NCBI RefSeq assembly: GCF_009914755.1
Contig: NC_060927.1
From: the human T2T-CHM13v2.0 reference genome, Homo sapiens
Length of the DNA: 64,000 nucleotides
Direction: 5' to 3' (one strand)
Shown here: positions 50,989 to 64,000 of the stretch, one piece after another
Layout of the letters: the number at the start of each line of letters is the position of its first letter
How positions within the stretch are numbered: position 1 is the stretch's first letter
Program-made: the position numbers and the translations under genes
The notes under the pieces: model-generated
What the model saw: the letters and a program-made list of their open reading frames with translations, nothing else
The model's database searches: none
Told to the model about the DNA's origin: nothing

Positions 50989-53900
50989 GTAAGGCCTCCC
51001 ACCCCTTTCTCCAGATCCCAGCACCCCCGGAAAGCTGAGTGAGAGTGGTGTGCCACGGGTCCAGGTACCTACGGACAGATGCTAGGCCTCAGAGATTTAC
51101 ATGTGGGAAGATCATTCAGGAGTGCTTTGGGGAACAATATTTGTGAGAAGGTAAGGGAAGCAGCACTGGGTAGTGGGAGAAGTTGGGTTGTGATATAGTT
51201 GTAATCAGGACTTCAGCTGATCCCCTGTAGATCCCTAAAGCCCTTTAGCGTGTTCTTGCATTGAGGCTCGAGGTCTGGGTCTTTGAACACCTGCATCAGC
51301 CTGTCACTGTATATGGGCAACAAGTGAGACCTGGAATGCTTGTTGCTTCCCCAAAAAAAAGCCGATGTCTGTCATATGTGCATGGTCATATCAGTGACAT
51401 CCAATATGGCCTGGAAGTCAGGGTTCTGCAGTTCTCCTTACCCTTTGCCAAGGCTCAGTTAAGGGGTAGGATATTCAAAATGGTGGGCAATATTAACCCT
51501 TCTTACAATCACACACAAGGCTTGTTCTTGTTTTCAGAAAACCTTTATGTACTCATGTTCTCATGGTCTAGTCCCTATGACTCATTTTCTTCTTTTAAAT
51601 GGCCACATTTAGGAACAGTGCTTGTATCGGTCAAAGATTTCCACCAGAAAGTTGCCTAAAAGCCACCCTAAAAAGTAGTTTTAAAGTGCTGAAAAGTTTA
51701 GAAGTTCTTTAAAAATGGCCATGTTTTACTCTCACTCAGGCATCTTCAGATCAGCTGAGATTTGGCTGATCCAGACTCAGCTTTGTTATTGCATCTTCTC
51801 TCTACTCCTTATCTCCTGCTCTCTCCTTGAACCAGTGGGCTAGTCACATCATGCACTTCTCATGGTGAGGACAACTGGGAGCATGCAAAGCCTCTTAAGG
51901 CCTTGGGCCGGAGGTGGCACACTGTGACTTAGTCTACTGGCATTTCGTTAGCCGAATTAAGTTATGTGGCCAAATCCATAGTCAAGACAGGGGCAACCCC
52001 CTAGCCCCCACCTGCCGTCTCTAGTAGCAAGGACTGCAAGCCACCTGACAAAGGGCTTGGATACAGGGAGGGGTGGAAAATGGGCTCAATATGTAATCTA
52101 CCATTTAGGATGCTCTCTGGATTACTGATCTTTTTTTGTTTGGTAGAGTCTGCTAAGTCTTGGCGCTCCCACCCTTCTACTTCACATCTCCATACGGACT
52201 TAATGCCTAGCATCTGACTGTCAGCTTGGGGTTGCTGGGCCGGGGGCGATGGAGGGTCTCATCACGTCTCATGCTCAACAATACTTCAGACACTTCAGCC
52301 TCTAACTTAGTTTCTGTGCCTGCCTGGCTTCTGAATCTGTGTCACTTTCAATTTCCACACACATTTCCACCAGGCCTTTTCAAGGCAGTGTTATTCATAA
52401 ATAACCCTTAAATAGGTGATGATGAGCCTCTATTTTAGATCTCATTGTGATGAGTGTGAAAAGACAGAGGATGTGTTTTTAAAAATGAGTAACAGAAATG
52501 AGTTCACCTCTGAGGAATGTCATAGTCATTACCCTAAAGAGGATTCTAGGTACATCTCAAGTACAACAACAATTTTGAAAGACTCTATTTTGAATATCAC
52601 TAAAAAAAATGTCCTATGCTAAAGAGAGTTGCACTGCACTTTTCTCTTGTCAGAAATAAATTTACATTGCAGCTGCCATTTTATCTTTATAAAGAAAGAA
52701 AAAAAAGAATCAACAAGTCTCACTGCTCTTTTCAAGGACAGAAACAAAATAAACCAAATATTAGGCTCCTTTCAGGAAAGAACAAAGGGGTTTAGAAAGG
52801 GGATATGGAGCAGAAGGGAAGGGGAGAGAAAGAAAAGGCGGGAGGAAGGAGGTGAGAAGAGGAAAAGAAATGGAGATGAAGTAGGGGCTGGTGTATGCTC
52901 TAACTTCCTAAAACAATAAATAGGGTATTTTAATTATCTGATAATGGAGCACAATTGATCTGCCTCTCTCGCTTTCTTGACCCTTCAGACATAGCATTCT
53001 GTCTCCATATAGATTACCTAAAGATTTCTTTCCTTCAAGCCACACGTTATCCTCATATTCTAGATTTTAGGGAAAGACTACCTGCTATTATCCCCTTAGA
53101 ATGACATCCCAGAAAAGATATTAAAGCTGTTTGTTTTTTCCTTTCTACTGGGAACCAAAGGCTGTATAATGATAGCCAAGAAGAATCAAACCTCATCTGT
53201 GCACTTTCCAGCTGACAGATACTTCTTTAAAAATAAAATGAACCTGACACCCTCCGTGTACACTCACAGTTCAGTTTACAAGGACTCACATTTGCGCCTT
53301 CCCAACACCTGTGCCTTGAAGATGGAAAGGCCACACCCTTGCCATAAAATCCCTGATCAATAAAAGTAGACCAGGACCCCAGTCTCATCCAGTGCCCATC
53401 CATTTCTAATTTTCTTAGCTTCTTATTGCCAGCTAGGCCCTTGCCCTTGGACTTGATGCCTGAAACTGCTACTTACCAGGCTCTCAGACCTGTTGTGTTA
53501 AGCAGGCACTGTGGCATGCCCTCCAGCTAACCTAACCTTGCCTTCAACACATTGCTACCCTTTATGATCATCTCTTAAGCTATCCCTTCCCAGAAACTTT
53601 GGTCACCTAAGCAAGCCAAAGATGCTCAACCCAGCTCTTCATGGAGACATGAGAGAAATAGGCAGTTAGGTTTGTCTGTCAGCTTCAATGCTGAATGCCC
53701 CTGCCTTTGAGTCACCAGGACTCCATACTGAGTCTTAGTCTAAGAGACTTCTGAGCTGTCTCTTGTACTTGGCTAGAGGAACATACTTCCTCCACCAAGC
53801 AGATCCACTCTTAGGCCTTGACAATCAGTTAGGGGTGGGAGAACTCAGCTTCACTGTGTATCACCTAAATGTATTCCATTTATGGCATTCTATCTTACAT

Positions 53901-54996
53901 TGAATTAACTGTCTACAATGACTCATTTCAGGAAAGCATTAAATCTGTGTGATAATCTGCATCTCACTGAAATTTCAAAGACTTCAACAAGTCAACATGT
54001 ACTATTAATATAACTAACTCAATGCATGAGTCTACTTCATCAAATAAGGAGATGTTTCTAAGGGACTCCATTCTGTTTATTGCCAGATATCTTGTTTCAA
54101 AAACTATTTTTAAATTAACTAAATGTTTTTAATTGAAATTCACTTAGAAGACACAGCATATTAAATGGAGTCGTATTTCCTAAACAGATATTTCGAAAAA
54201 TGTATTTCATTGCCTAAAATTTCAAGTTTCTTTATACAGTTGCTACACAAAGAATCATTCACTTCCATAACGGCATCCATTGGGGGAAATAATAATGACA
54301 ATGTCTTAGGAAAGCATCCCTAGAAGTAGGGCCTGAGATGGGGTGTCTTACGAAAGGGATTTGTTGTGGGGAGTGCCCTCAGCAGAAGGAGAGTCAAAGA
54401 AGCAGGAGAGGCAGGCGAAGTAGCTAAGCAAGGGTGTGGTCTCAGCTGGAATCTGCTTCCAACTGATTCCACCAAGTGGTCCTACCTTCAGACAAAGGAC
54501 TAGCCTTTGTACATTTCTGTCCCTCAGTCATTGGCTATGTCTGCCCCCAGGAAGTAGTGAGAGTGCAGCATTCCAGGCAAGGAGCATCCCTCTTGGCCAA
54601 GGACAGCTCCCTGGAAAAAAAAGGGGGGCATCTGTGAGTCATTGGCTGCCAACACTCACAGCACTAGAATGGTAAATAAGATCAAGACAAGGGTACACTA
54701 TATCTGTGAACATACTTTAATGCTACAAGATGAAGTATAAAACACTCCCCACTAGGAACAAATTTAAAATGCAGATGAACCTTGCAATTGCTGTACCTAA
54801 AACATTATATTGCCATTATAATGAATAATATATCATGAGAAAATACTACATTACACTGAGTCCCAGACCTTCCTGCTGGGCTGTTGTTTGACCATTAGGT
54901 TGTTTTCTGACCTATTCTGACCTCATCCCATTGCTCAACAAAGCCATAAGCCATTAATCAAACCTTGAATGGAAAAACTATATATATGTATACACA

Positions 54997-55033
<37 letters not shown>

Positions 55034-55441
55034 GACATTGAACTAAAAAGACAAAGCAATGTTTGCTCATCAGTGAAGTTGTCTCTTGGCAAGAAAGGCC
55101 AAAGATCAAGGGGAATATTAAAAAGTAAATGTCAACTCTGGGCATTCTTAGAATGAAATTGAATCTCTGAGGTTCTGTCCATCATTTAATTGAAGTTGTT
55201 TTAGGAGGTGTACAGCTTGTAAATAATAAAATACAAATGCTCTCTAAAACTTTTATTTTTAATGTTTCACATAGATCCTCTCCTTTGGGCCATAGTGTGT
55301 TTCCATTTTAAAATGCAGCACCCAGAACTCAGTAGTTTGCCCAGTGCAATTATTAATCTCTGGTGTCCAGAACTTTGCTGCTACTTTACTACTACAGGAC
55401 AAAAAATGCAGTGTAATGTCTGGTCCAACAGATGCAAATAG

Positions 55442-55866
<425 letters not shown>

Positions 55867-56140
55867 TGGTCACGGAATTTTAAGTGAAAATAAGTAAAGC
55901 TGGAACATAGTCATGCTAAGGAGATGGTGACCCAGCAGATAAGGAATGTTTGCAGGAGGTGGCAATGTTTGGCCTGGAAAAGACTTTGAAAACTGTTATC
56001 TTCAAATAGTTGAAAAGATCTCATCTGGAAGAACGTTTAAACTCACTTGGAGTCCCAAGTGCAAAATGACAGATGATACTGTGAGGCAGAGTTCAAAACA
56101 CTAAAAAGAGGAGTTTCTTAAAGCAGTTTCAGAAGTAAGC

Positions 56141-56472
56141 TCCACTGGCACAGTAGCTTGCACCTGTAATCTCAGCTACTGGGAAGGGTAAGGTAAGAGG
56201 ATAGCTTGAGGCTAGGAGCTTAAGACCAGCCTGGGCAAAACAGTGAACCCCCCCCACTCCCGACCCAGTCTCTAAAAAAAAAATAAAATGAGTAAAATTA
56301 AATAGAATAAAGTTAGCCAGGCATAGTAGCACACACCTGTAGTCTCAGCTATTCAGGAGGCTAAGGCAGAAGGATCACTTGAGCCCAGGAGTTCGAGGCT
56401 ACGATGAGCTATGATCACACCACTGCACTCCAGCCTGGGCAACGGAGTGAGACTTCATCTCTTAAAAAAAAA
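56141..56472 (+). mobile_element. AluJ
   Basis: Diverged dimer; ggatcacttgagcccaggagttcgaggct, A tail. Confidence 0.9.
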
Positions 56473-57584
56473 TTAAGAAAGAAGATGTAGGCTCTGTGGA
56501 TTAGAGGAGGGGATAAACTATGTGCTTGGAAAATGCTGTCTAGCCTACCCCCTTTGGATATTCACAGCACACATTAGCATTTTGAAGTCCTGCCATCCTG
56601 AAAACAACCCAGGTGTTCTCAGTGGAGAACAGAGGCAGTGGGGCAAATGGATTGTAACTAAGGAGTTCTCTATCAACAGCTACTTTTCCGTAATTCCATT
56701 TGGCTGCTATTGAACACAATTTGGCATGTATCTCCTTAATATACATAATTCAGAGAGAATTTCTAACACTCGCAAGGGCAGATTCATTAAAGAGTTGTTA
56801 AGACTTCAATATAAGGTCCATCCAGTGTTCTCACAGAGATTATTAATTATAAATGACACACATGAACATGTGGCTTGTACACAGCACCTTTCAACTAAAA
56901 AAAGCACAACATACTTTTAAGTTAGTGTCTGCTATTATTTTTCTGAAATTTTATGCCTGCTGCCAAGTACTGTGTATTTTAAGAAATCTCTCATTGAAAA
57001 TTACTTAAATGAAACAGTAACCCACAATCCTTCCAGCAAAGATTGAGCAAAAATTGATGCTGGTAGACTTCAAGGAGGACGTATCCTAGAGTCTCAAACA
57101 GAAATGGAAGTGACACTCTTTAGGGGATACTGTTGTGCTCTGGAGCATTGCGTGTCATCTTAAAAAATCCTTGAGCTGCCATCAAAAGAGAAGACAGGAC
57201 AAGAGGAAGTGAGGAGGCCTGCTCTTGTTCCCATATTTCCCACTGCTCTCCCACAAGTATTCACTTCTCCATGGAATGTCCTAATAGTATTTTCTGGGCC
57301 CATTTTTAGCCATTTGGCTCTTCCTACTGGAACATCTGAATGCCCTTCCTTCCTACTCTATCTTTCTATCAATCCAGTCCTACATCTATCAAGACCCAAC
57401 TAAAATGCTTTCTGCAGTTCTATGGTGATCACTTATTTTCTCTGAATTTCCATGTTATTTACAGTGTAGACTTTGGTAAGCTCCTTGAAGATACAGCCAG
57501 CTCTAATTTATGTGCCTATTCCCACTGAAGCTACACAGCATACACCTGGCACAGAGTGATTATTTTTAAAACAGTCATTAGTAA

Positions 57585-58186
<602 letters not shown>

Positions 58187-58939
58187 TAAAGCTTCTGTCA
58201 TTAATTCTACTTTAATAATAAGATTTCCACCTTAGTTTTTTTCATGTTTGTTTGATAGGCCTTTATCTACATTTACACTCAGCCTTTTTTGTCATGTTCT
58301 ATAAGTGCTTCTTTTGAAAATAAACAGAATTTGTTTTTAGATTTCTTTTTTGCCCAACCTGAATTTTTATTCTCAAACAGAAGAGGATTTGCATTTCTTG
58401 CCATGAGTGAAATATTTGGCTTTCCTTCTGTCTTATGATTTACATGCTTTCTAGCTTGTGTTTCCTTCCATTTTGTGTGTGTGTACTGTGTTTCACATGT
58501 GGTTTCTGTGTTCTTTCTTTTTAATAGCTTCTCATCTTTCGGCAGGTATATAATATGTTCTTCTACTAATAATTACCTCTGAGAGTTTCAAAAAACATTC
58601 TTTATTCTACATTTCTCAAATTATTAAAAAGTAAAAATAAATATGGTATTTTGTTCCCCTATGATTTCAGATAAATTTACCAAACTTTTCATCTCAACTC
58701 CCACCTCCCTAGCAACAGTATTTCTCCTTCCTGTTTTTGCAGATTAATCCAGATTTTAAAAATCAATTCAGATTTTTATTGTTATTTCAGTGTTTTATAA
58801 TTCATACTTTTGAGAATAAATCTTAAGATATATACAAATTTTATAACAAGATTTATACATCTTGTTAGATATTTCTAGCTTTAACCAGTTTCAATATTCA
58901 CCACCATTCTATTCTATTACTATATAACTTCCCAATTCT

Positions 58940-59125
58940 TTTTCTTCTTTTCTTTCCTTTTCATTGATACATAATAATTGTACCTATTTATGAGTTACAT
59001 GTGTTATTTTGATACATGCATACAGTGTTTAATGATCAAATCAGGATATTTAAGTTATCCATCACTTCAAACATTCATCATTTCTTTGTGTTGGGAATAT
59101 TTCAAATCTTCTCTTCTAGCTGTAC
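58940..59125 (-). mobile_element. L1MA 3'-end fragment
   Basis: ataattgtacctatttatgagttacatgtgttattttgatacatgcataca...tttctttgtgttgggaatatt. Confidence 0.8.
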
Positions 59126-60501
59126 TTAACTTCCCTTTTCTTAAGCTCTTTGTTTTGTTTCTCAGTTGTTCAAAGTTTATTTTCAGTAATATTTTATCAA
59201 GAAGAAAACGTGAGTAGCAAATACATAAGGGAGCAAATTGTGATGGATCCCACTTGTTTAGCTAATGAGTCTCTTGCAGGTGGGGGCAGATTGGTGAGCA
59301 GAGATTAACTCAGGGCTTTCTGCTGGCTTTACTCAGATCCACTCTTTAGCATTGTTTCCCTGTCTGCTTTGCTCTCACTGAAGTTACTAGCACATTCTTG
59401 CCTTTTATATTAGTCTATAAAACCTAAAGACCTGGGCACTGCTGCTTTATGTTAGCAATTAAATCAGCTGCAGTATCAGGTCTGTCCTTCACTGCCTCTA
59501 AGAAGGATTTGGATTGTGAGATTTTATTTTTTGCTTCCCTATACCCCACACATCATTTCAGCATATTTTTAAAATTTCTTCTTTTGATTCCTTTATCATA
59601 CTATCTGATTCTCTTGTATTTTATTGCCAACCACAAGCAGATGCTATTTATAATTGCCTTTTGTTTAATATAGTATAACCTTTCAAGGCATGTCTTTCCT
59701 TATGGCATTGTCTAAAGGGGTAAAGGAGACAGGTTGTGTAATGCAGTCACATAGACTGGCACATCGCAAATGTGACAACATAAATTCCAGAGGGCAGACA
59801 CCATGGTGTGCTGTGTTCTCTGTGTTCTCTGGAGTGTCCTTAGCACTAAGCCCGGGACCTATTTAATAGTTGGCCAATATGAATTTGTTAAGTGAGTGAA
59901 TGAGTGTTCAACCAGCAAGAAATATTATCATTAGAAATATGGTTATGATCATTTTTATGATACATAAGGCAAAATACCAAGAATTAAGAAGGTAGAATTG
60001 CAGATAACTCAAATAATCATTTATCCATCACACATGGACTAAGCACCAACTGTGTGAGGGGCCCTATACTGATATCTGGGAACGCCAAGTCTGACATCAT
60101 CATAAATTCAAGTGAGAGACTGGGAAGTAGCAAAGGAAAGGGGAATAGACATTACCTAGAAAGTGGCAGAAAGGAGGAGCCCCTGCCACTATAAGCCGAA
60201 GGCCTGTGGGGCCTCCTTCCATGACTGACTCTTCAGTTGTAGGTGGGCAAGGTGGGCTCAACAAGCCTTCTGGTGCTCTCCCTGGCCTTCCAAGGCCATC
60301 CCACCCAGACCCCTATCCAGGTGATCAGACCGGAATGTCCTAAAGCCAAATTGCTAATGGGAGGATATCTGAACCCCATTTTGGGTACCAGTTTGTGGAA
60401 GTTGGGAAGCCAAAGGAACTGTTGGAGTCTAGTTTATCTCAATGACTTTGGTCATCGTACTACCACATATTTCTCTAAATCTGTTTTTCTTACTATGCAT
60501 A

Positions 60502-61752
60502 TGAGAGGTGACAGCGTGCTGGCAGTCCTCACAGCCCTTGCTCGCTCCCGGCGCCTCCTCTGCCTGGGCTCCTACTTTGGCGGCACTTGAGGAGCCCTTC
60601 AGCCCGCCGCTGCACTGTGGGGGCCCCATTCTGGGCTGGCCAAGGCCGGAGCCAGCTCCCTCAGCTTGCGGCGAGGTGTGGAGGGAGAGGCGTGGGCGGG
60701 AACCGGGGCTGCGCGCGGTGCTTGCGGGCCAGCGTGAGTTCCGGGTGGGCGTGGGCTTGGCAGACCCCGCCCTCGGAGAGGCCGGCCGGCCCCACCGGCC
60801 CCGGGCAGTGAGGGTCTTAGCACCTGGGCCAGCAGCTGCTGTGCTCAATTTCTCGCGGGGCCTTAGCTGCCTTCCCGCGGGGCAGGGCTGGGGACCTGCA
60901 GCCCGCCATGCCTGAGCCTCCCACCCCCTCCGTGGGTTCCTGTGCGGCCGGAGCCTCCCTGACGAGGAGGCTAGGGGATTGTAAACACACAGACGATGTC
61001 TGGCTAGGGGATTGTAAACACACCGATCGGCACTCTGCATCTAGCTCAAGGTTTGTAAACACACCAATCAGCATCCTGTGTCTAGCTCAGGGTTTGTGAA
61101 TGCACCAATTGACACTCTGTATCTAGCTACTCTGGTGGGGACTTGGAGAACCTTTGTGTCCACACTCTTTATCTAGCTAATCTGGTGGGGACGTGGAGAA
61201 CCTTTGTGTCTAGCTCAGGGATTGTAAACACACCAATCAGCGCCCTGTCAAAACAGACCCTCTGGGCTCTACCAATCAGCAGGATGTGGGTGGGGCCAAA
61301 TAAGAGAATAAAAGCAGGCTGCCCTAGCCAGCAGTAGCAACCCGCTCGGATCCTCTTCCACGCTGTGGAAGCTTTGTTCTTTCGCTCTTTGCAATAAATC
61401 TTGCTACAGCTAACTCTTTGGGTCCACACTGCCCTTATGAGCTGTAACACTCACTGCAAAGGTCTGCAGCTTCTCTCTTGAAGCCAGCAAGACCACGAGC
61501 CCACCGGGAGGAAGGAACAACTCCAGACGCGTCGCCTTAAGAGCTGTAACACTCACCACGAACGTCTGCAGCTTCACTCCTGAGCCAGCGAGACCACGAA
61601 CCCACCAGAAGGAAGAAACTCCGAACACATCCGAACATCAGAAGGAACAAACTCCGGACACGCCACCATTAAGAACTGTAACACTCACCGCGAGGGTCCG
61701 AGGCTTCATTCTTGAAGTCAGTGAGACCAAGAACCCACCAATTCCAGACACA
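60502..61752 (+). mobile_element. LTR12C-like (ERV9) solo LTR with internal deletion
   Basis: TGAGAGGTGACAGCGTGCTGGC...CCAATTCCAGACACA; 4-bp TSD CATA (60498-60501, 61753-61756); CpG-rich 5' part, CCAAT repeats, TATA-like AATAAAA at 61307, AATAAA at 61393, U5 repeats. Confidence 0.96.
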
Positions 61753-64000
61753 CATATATGCTAATCTTAGAAAGACATGGATACTATCTCCCCTCTCCAC
61801 TCCATCCTTAAACATCTCATGACTATTAAGAATGAGAAAGGGACCAAGTGGCAAGAGAACATCTTCATATGCATACAACTTTCCAGAAAATAAAAATTTG
61901 CCAAGTTGTCAGACACTGCTTGTATCTTATCAGTGTAAGAAAAAAAAATACAGAACTTCCTTCCTGTAAACTGTTTATTTTACTATTAATAGTAATTGAC
62001 TGAAGTCTTATATGATCAAATTCAGGGAGGGGGGAATATTTTTTAAGTCAGCCAAAGGAAAGAGGCTGTCTCTCTCAAATTACAGCTCATGATGTTTGCA
62101 AGTGCTTTGGTGATTTCTTGAACCACTGTGTAGAGATGATCTTTCAGGAAAGTAATGTTTTTCCTGCCCCTAAAAAGAGACTTGTATTGTAGGAGCCTTT
62201 TCAGATCATACCTTAGCAGAAAGAAGTGACCCACAGAAACATATTTTCAGTGACTAAATAATAGACCAGAAAGGGGAGAGTGTCTGATCATTTAAGGTGG
62301 TCTTTTGTTATATTTTTAGTCATTCCCTAGAGTTCACCAAATTGACACTATTTAGTAATATCACAGCACATATATTCTGAATACATATTTTCACGTTCTT
62401 CTGAGACAAGTTGTGTTTCATATATTTTATCCCTGTTCCATCCAGGAAGAAATAGAAATATTGCCCAGGTCAGAAGGACAGGAGGAGAAATTATCTGAGG
62501 TGGAGTTTTGGTGAAGTTTGAGGTGGACAGAAAGTAGACACAGCAATGAATCCTGGATGCACTTAAGAGTTTTCTTTACTTGAAGCTGCAAAGCCTTTTC
62601 CTGCCTGTGATATTGCTGATTCCTGCCTTCCTGCCTAAGGTTCAGACCAAGCCATGACAGACAAAGTTGAGAGGCTGCCTGCCTTTTGACTCATTCTTAC
62701 TTCTGTGTGTAAAGGCTAGGAATCCACAGGAATAGGACATCTGCAGCTATAAACACAAAGAAGATGGAGACCAGTTGGAAAATGTCATCCTGCACTATCA
62801 TTCAGCTGCCATAACAGGGAATGCTCCACTGACCTACTTTAGAATGGTCCTCTTTGTTGTGCAGCCACAGTGGATACCACATCATAAAATGACAGAACTG
62901 GGCCGGTAGTATAAAATAGGGCCGTCCTTTGTAAATGTCTGGGACTCAGTGAAACAGGCAGGTGTGTGTGTGTGTGTGTGTGTGTGTGTCTACATTGTGA
63001 CCCACTTATTAAGGATAGAGGGAAGAGAAATATATGGTTAAATCCTGTTAAAGTGTTTTCTCCATAGCTTATCAAACACTATCTGATTGTTCAACCACAG
63101 AAACAAAGCAAGTATCATTCTATCACATGTTAAGCATAGCTTGGGAAGAAAATGCAGAAGCATATGGCAACCCTGCAGCCCCTGCCTCAACAACATTATA
63201 ATAAATAAACATAGGAAGGCCCATACATACACATGTACATGTATGTGCATCACATACACACACGTGCGCACACACACACACACACACTCCTGCCTCCAGT
63301 CAGGGAAGTATGTTTCTGTTGTCATAGCAAGACTGTGGTTTAAAGGGTTCATATCCACTTCAGCCTGTACCAGATCCTTTGCAATCTAAGATCCAGACAC
63401 CATCCCTTCATTTATAATGTCATAAAGAGAAGTGCCAAGAATCACATATAATTCAAACTGATGAAGGACGATGAACGAGCCTGACTCTGTTGACCTGAAA
63501 GAACTATATCACTTTGCCTGATGTTATCCTAATATTTCTGTTTGTAAGGAGATTTCAAGGAATTCCTTCTGAGTATCTATTTTCTTATTTTAAAAAATAG
63601 AAAAAAGACACCTATCTAATAGGTGTGTTGTCAAGTTTAAATGAGCCAGTACCCAAATGCAGTCGTGCTCAGTTATTAGTAACTTTCAAGGCACTTTGCT
63701 TCTTCCCTGTCTTAATGCCTTGCTCCCTGCTGTATAGGGACCATGCGAAGCTGCTGTGGGCCTCCCTGCTGTCTGGAGGTCTAGTCTCTTACATCAACTG
63801 CCAGAAGTTTGCTGCCCAGATGCCTTCTTGGTGCCAAAATGCTTAAATACATCCACAGTGAGACAAAGCATCTCCTCCCTCAGTAAAACTTGCCACTTCA
63901 CTGATGTTCTCTCTCCTCTGAGGGCAGATGGCACCTCATCCTCAGCTACCTGGCCCCTTTATTGATAAATCCCTTCCATGACCACAGTGTCAGTGCTACT

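Noticed and set aside
50477-51056. Antisense ORFs of 146 and 100 aa over the exon
   Set aside because: Shadows of the STAC exon with no independent coding evidence.
61000-61740. Spaced repeats resembling a CRISPR-like array
   Set aside because: Normal U3 and U5 tandem repeats of LTR12 in eukaryotic DNA.
60243-61878. Many overlapping ORFs up to 203 aa
   Set aside because: Stop-poor GC-rich LTR12C sequence with no gag, pol or env similarity.

Overview
Human (or closely related primate) genomic DNA, almost entirely intronic. The only supportable protein-coding sequence is one 277-nt + strand exon (50712-50988). It translates to LQKLKRSLSF...HAFQEYIFKKPTFCDVCNHMIVG, which I recognise as coding exon 2 of STAC (STAC1, SH3 and cysteine-rich domain adaptor), including the start of its C1 domain. 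Positions 1-50711 are therefore intron 1 and 50989-64000 intron 2. The rest is a dense mosaic of transposon relics: 11 Alus/Alu fragments, a 5'-intact but 3'-truncated antisense L1PA, a 5'-truncated L1PA2/3 with TSDs, older L1M, L2 and MIR pieces, MaLR/ERV LTRs including a solo LTR12C, MER DNA transposons, a MADE1 and microsatellites. The most notable unexplained structure is a 180-bp, 90%-identical direct copy of the STAC intron 1/exon 2 junction, with its 3' splice site intact and an in-frame stop, pasted into an L1MA 1174 bp upstream of the real exon. It is a candidate decoy acceptor or poison exon. Other locally templated duplications are a 74-bp inverted insert, a ~255-bp duplication bracketing the L1PA and a junction duplication inside LTR12C. 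Two retroelement promoters (the L1 antisense promoter with an open ORF0, and LTR12C) point in the STAC sense direction. Repeat subfamily names come from recalled consensus sequences and need RepeatMasker/Dfam confirmation. Functional claims are hypotheses.
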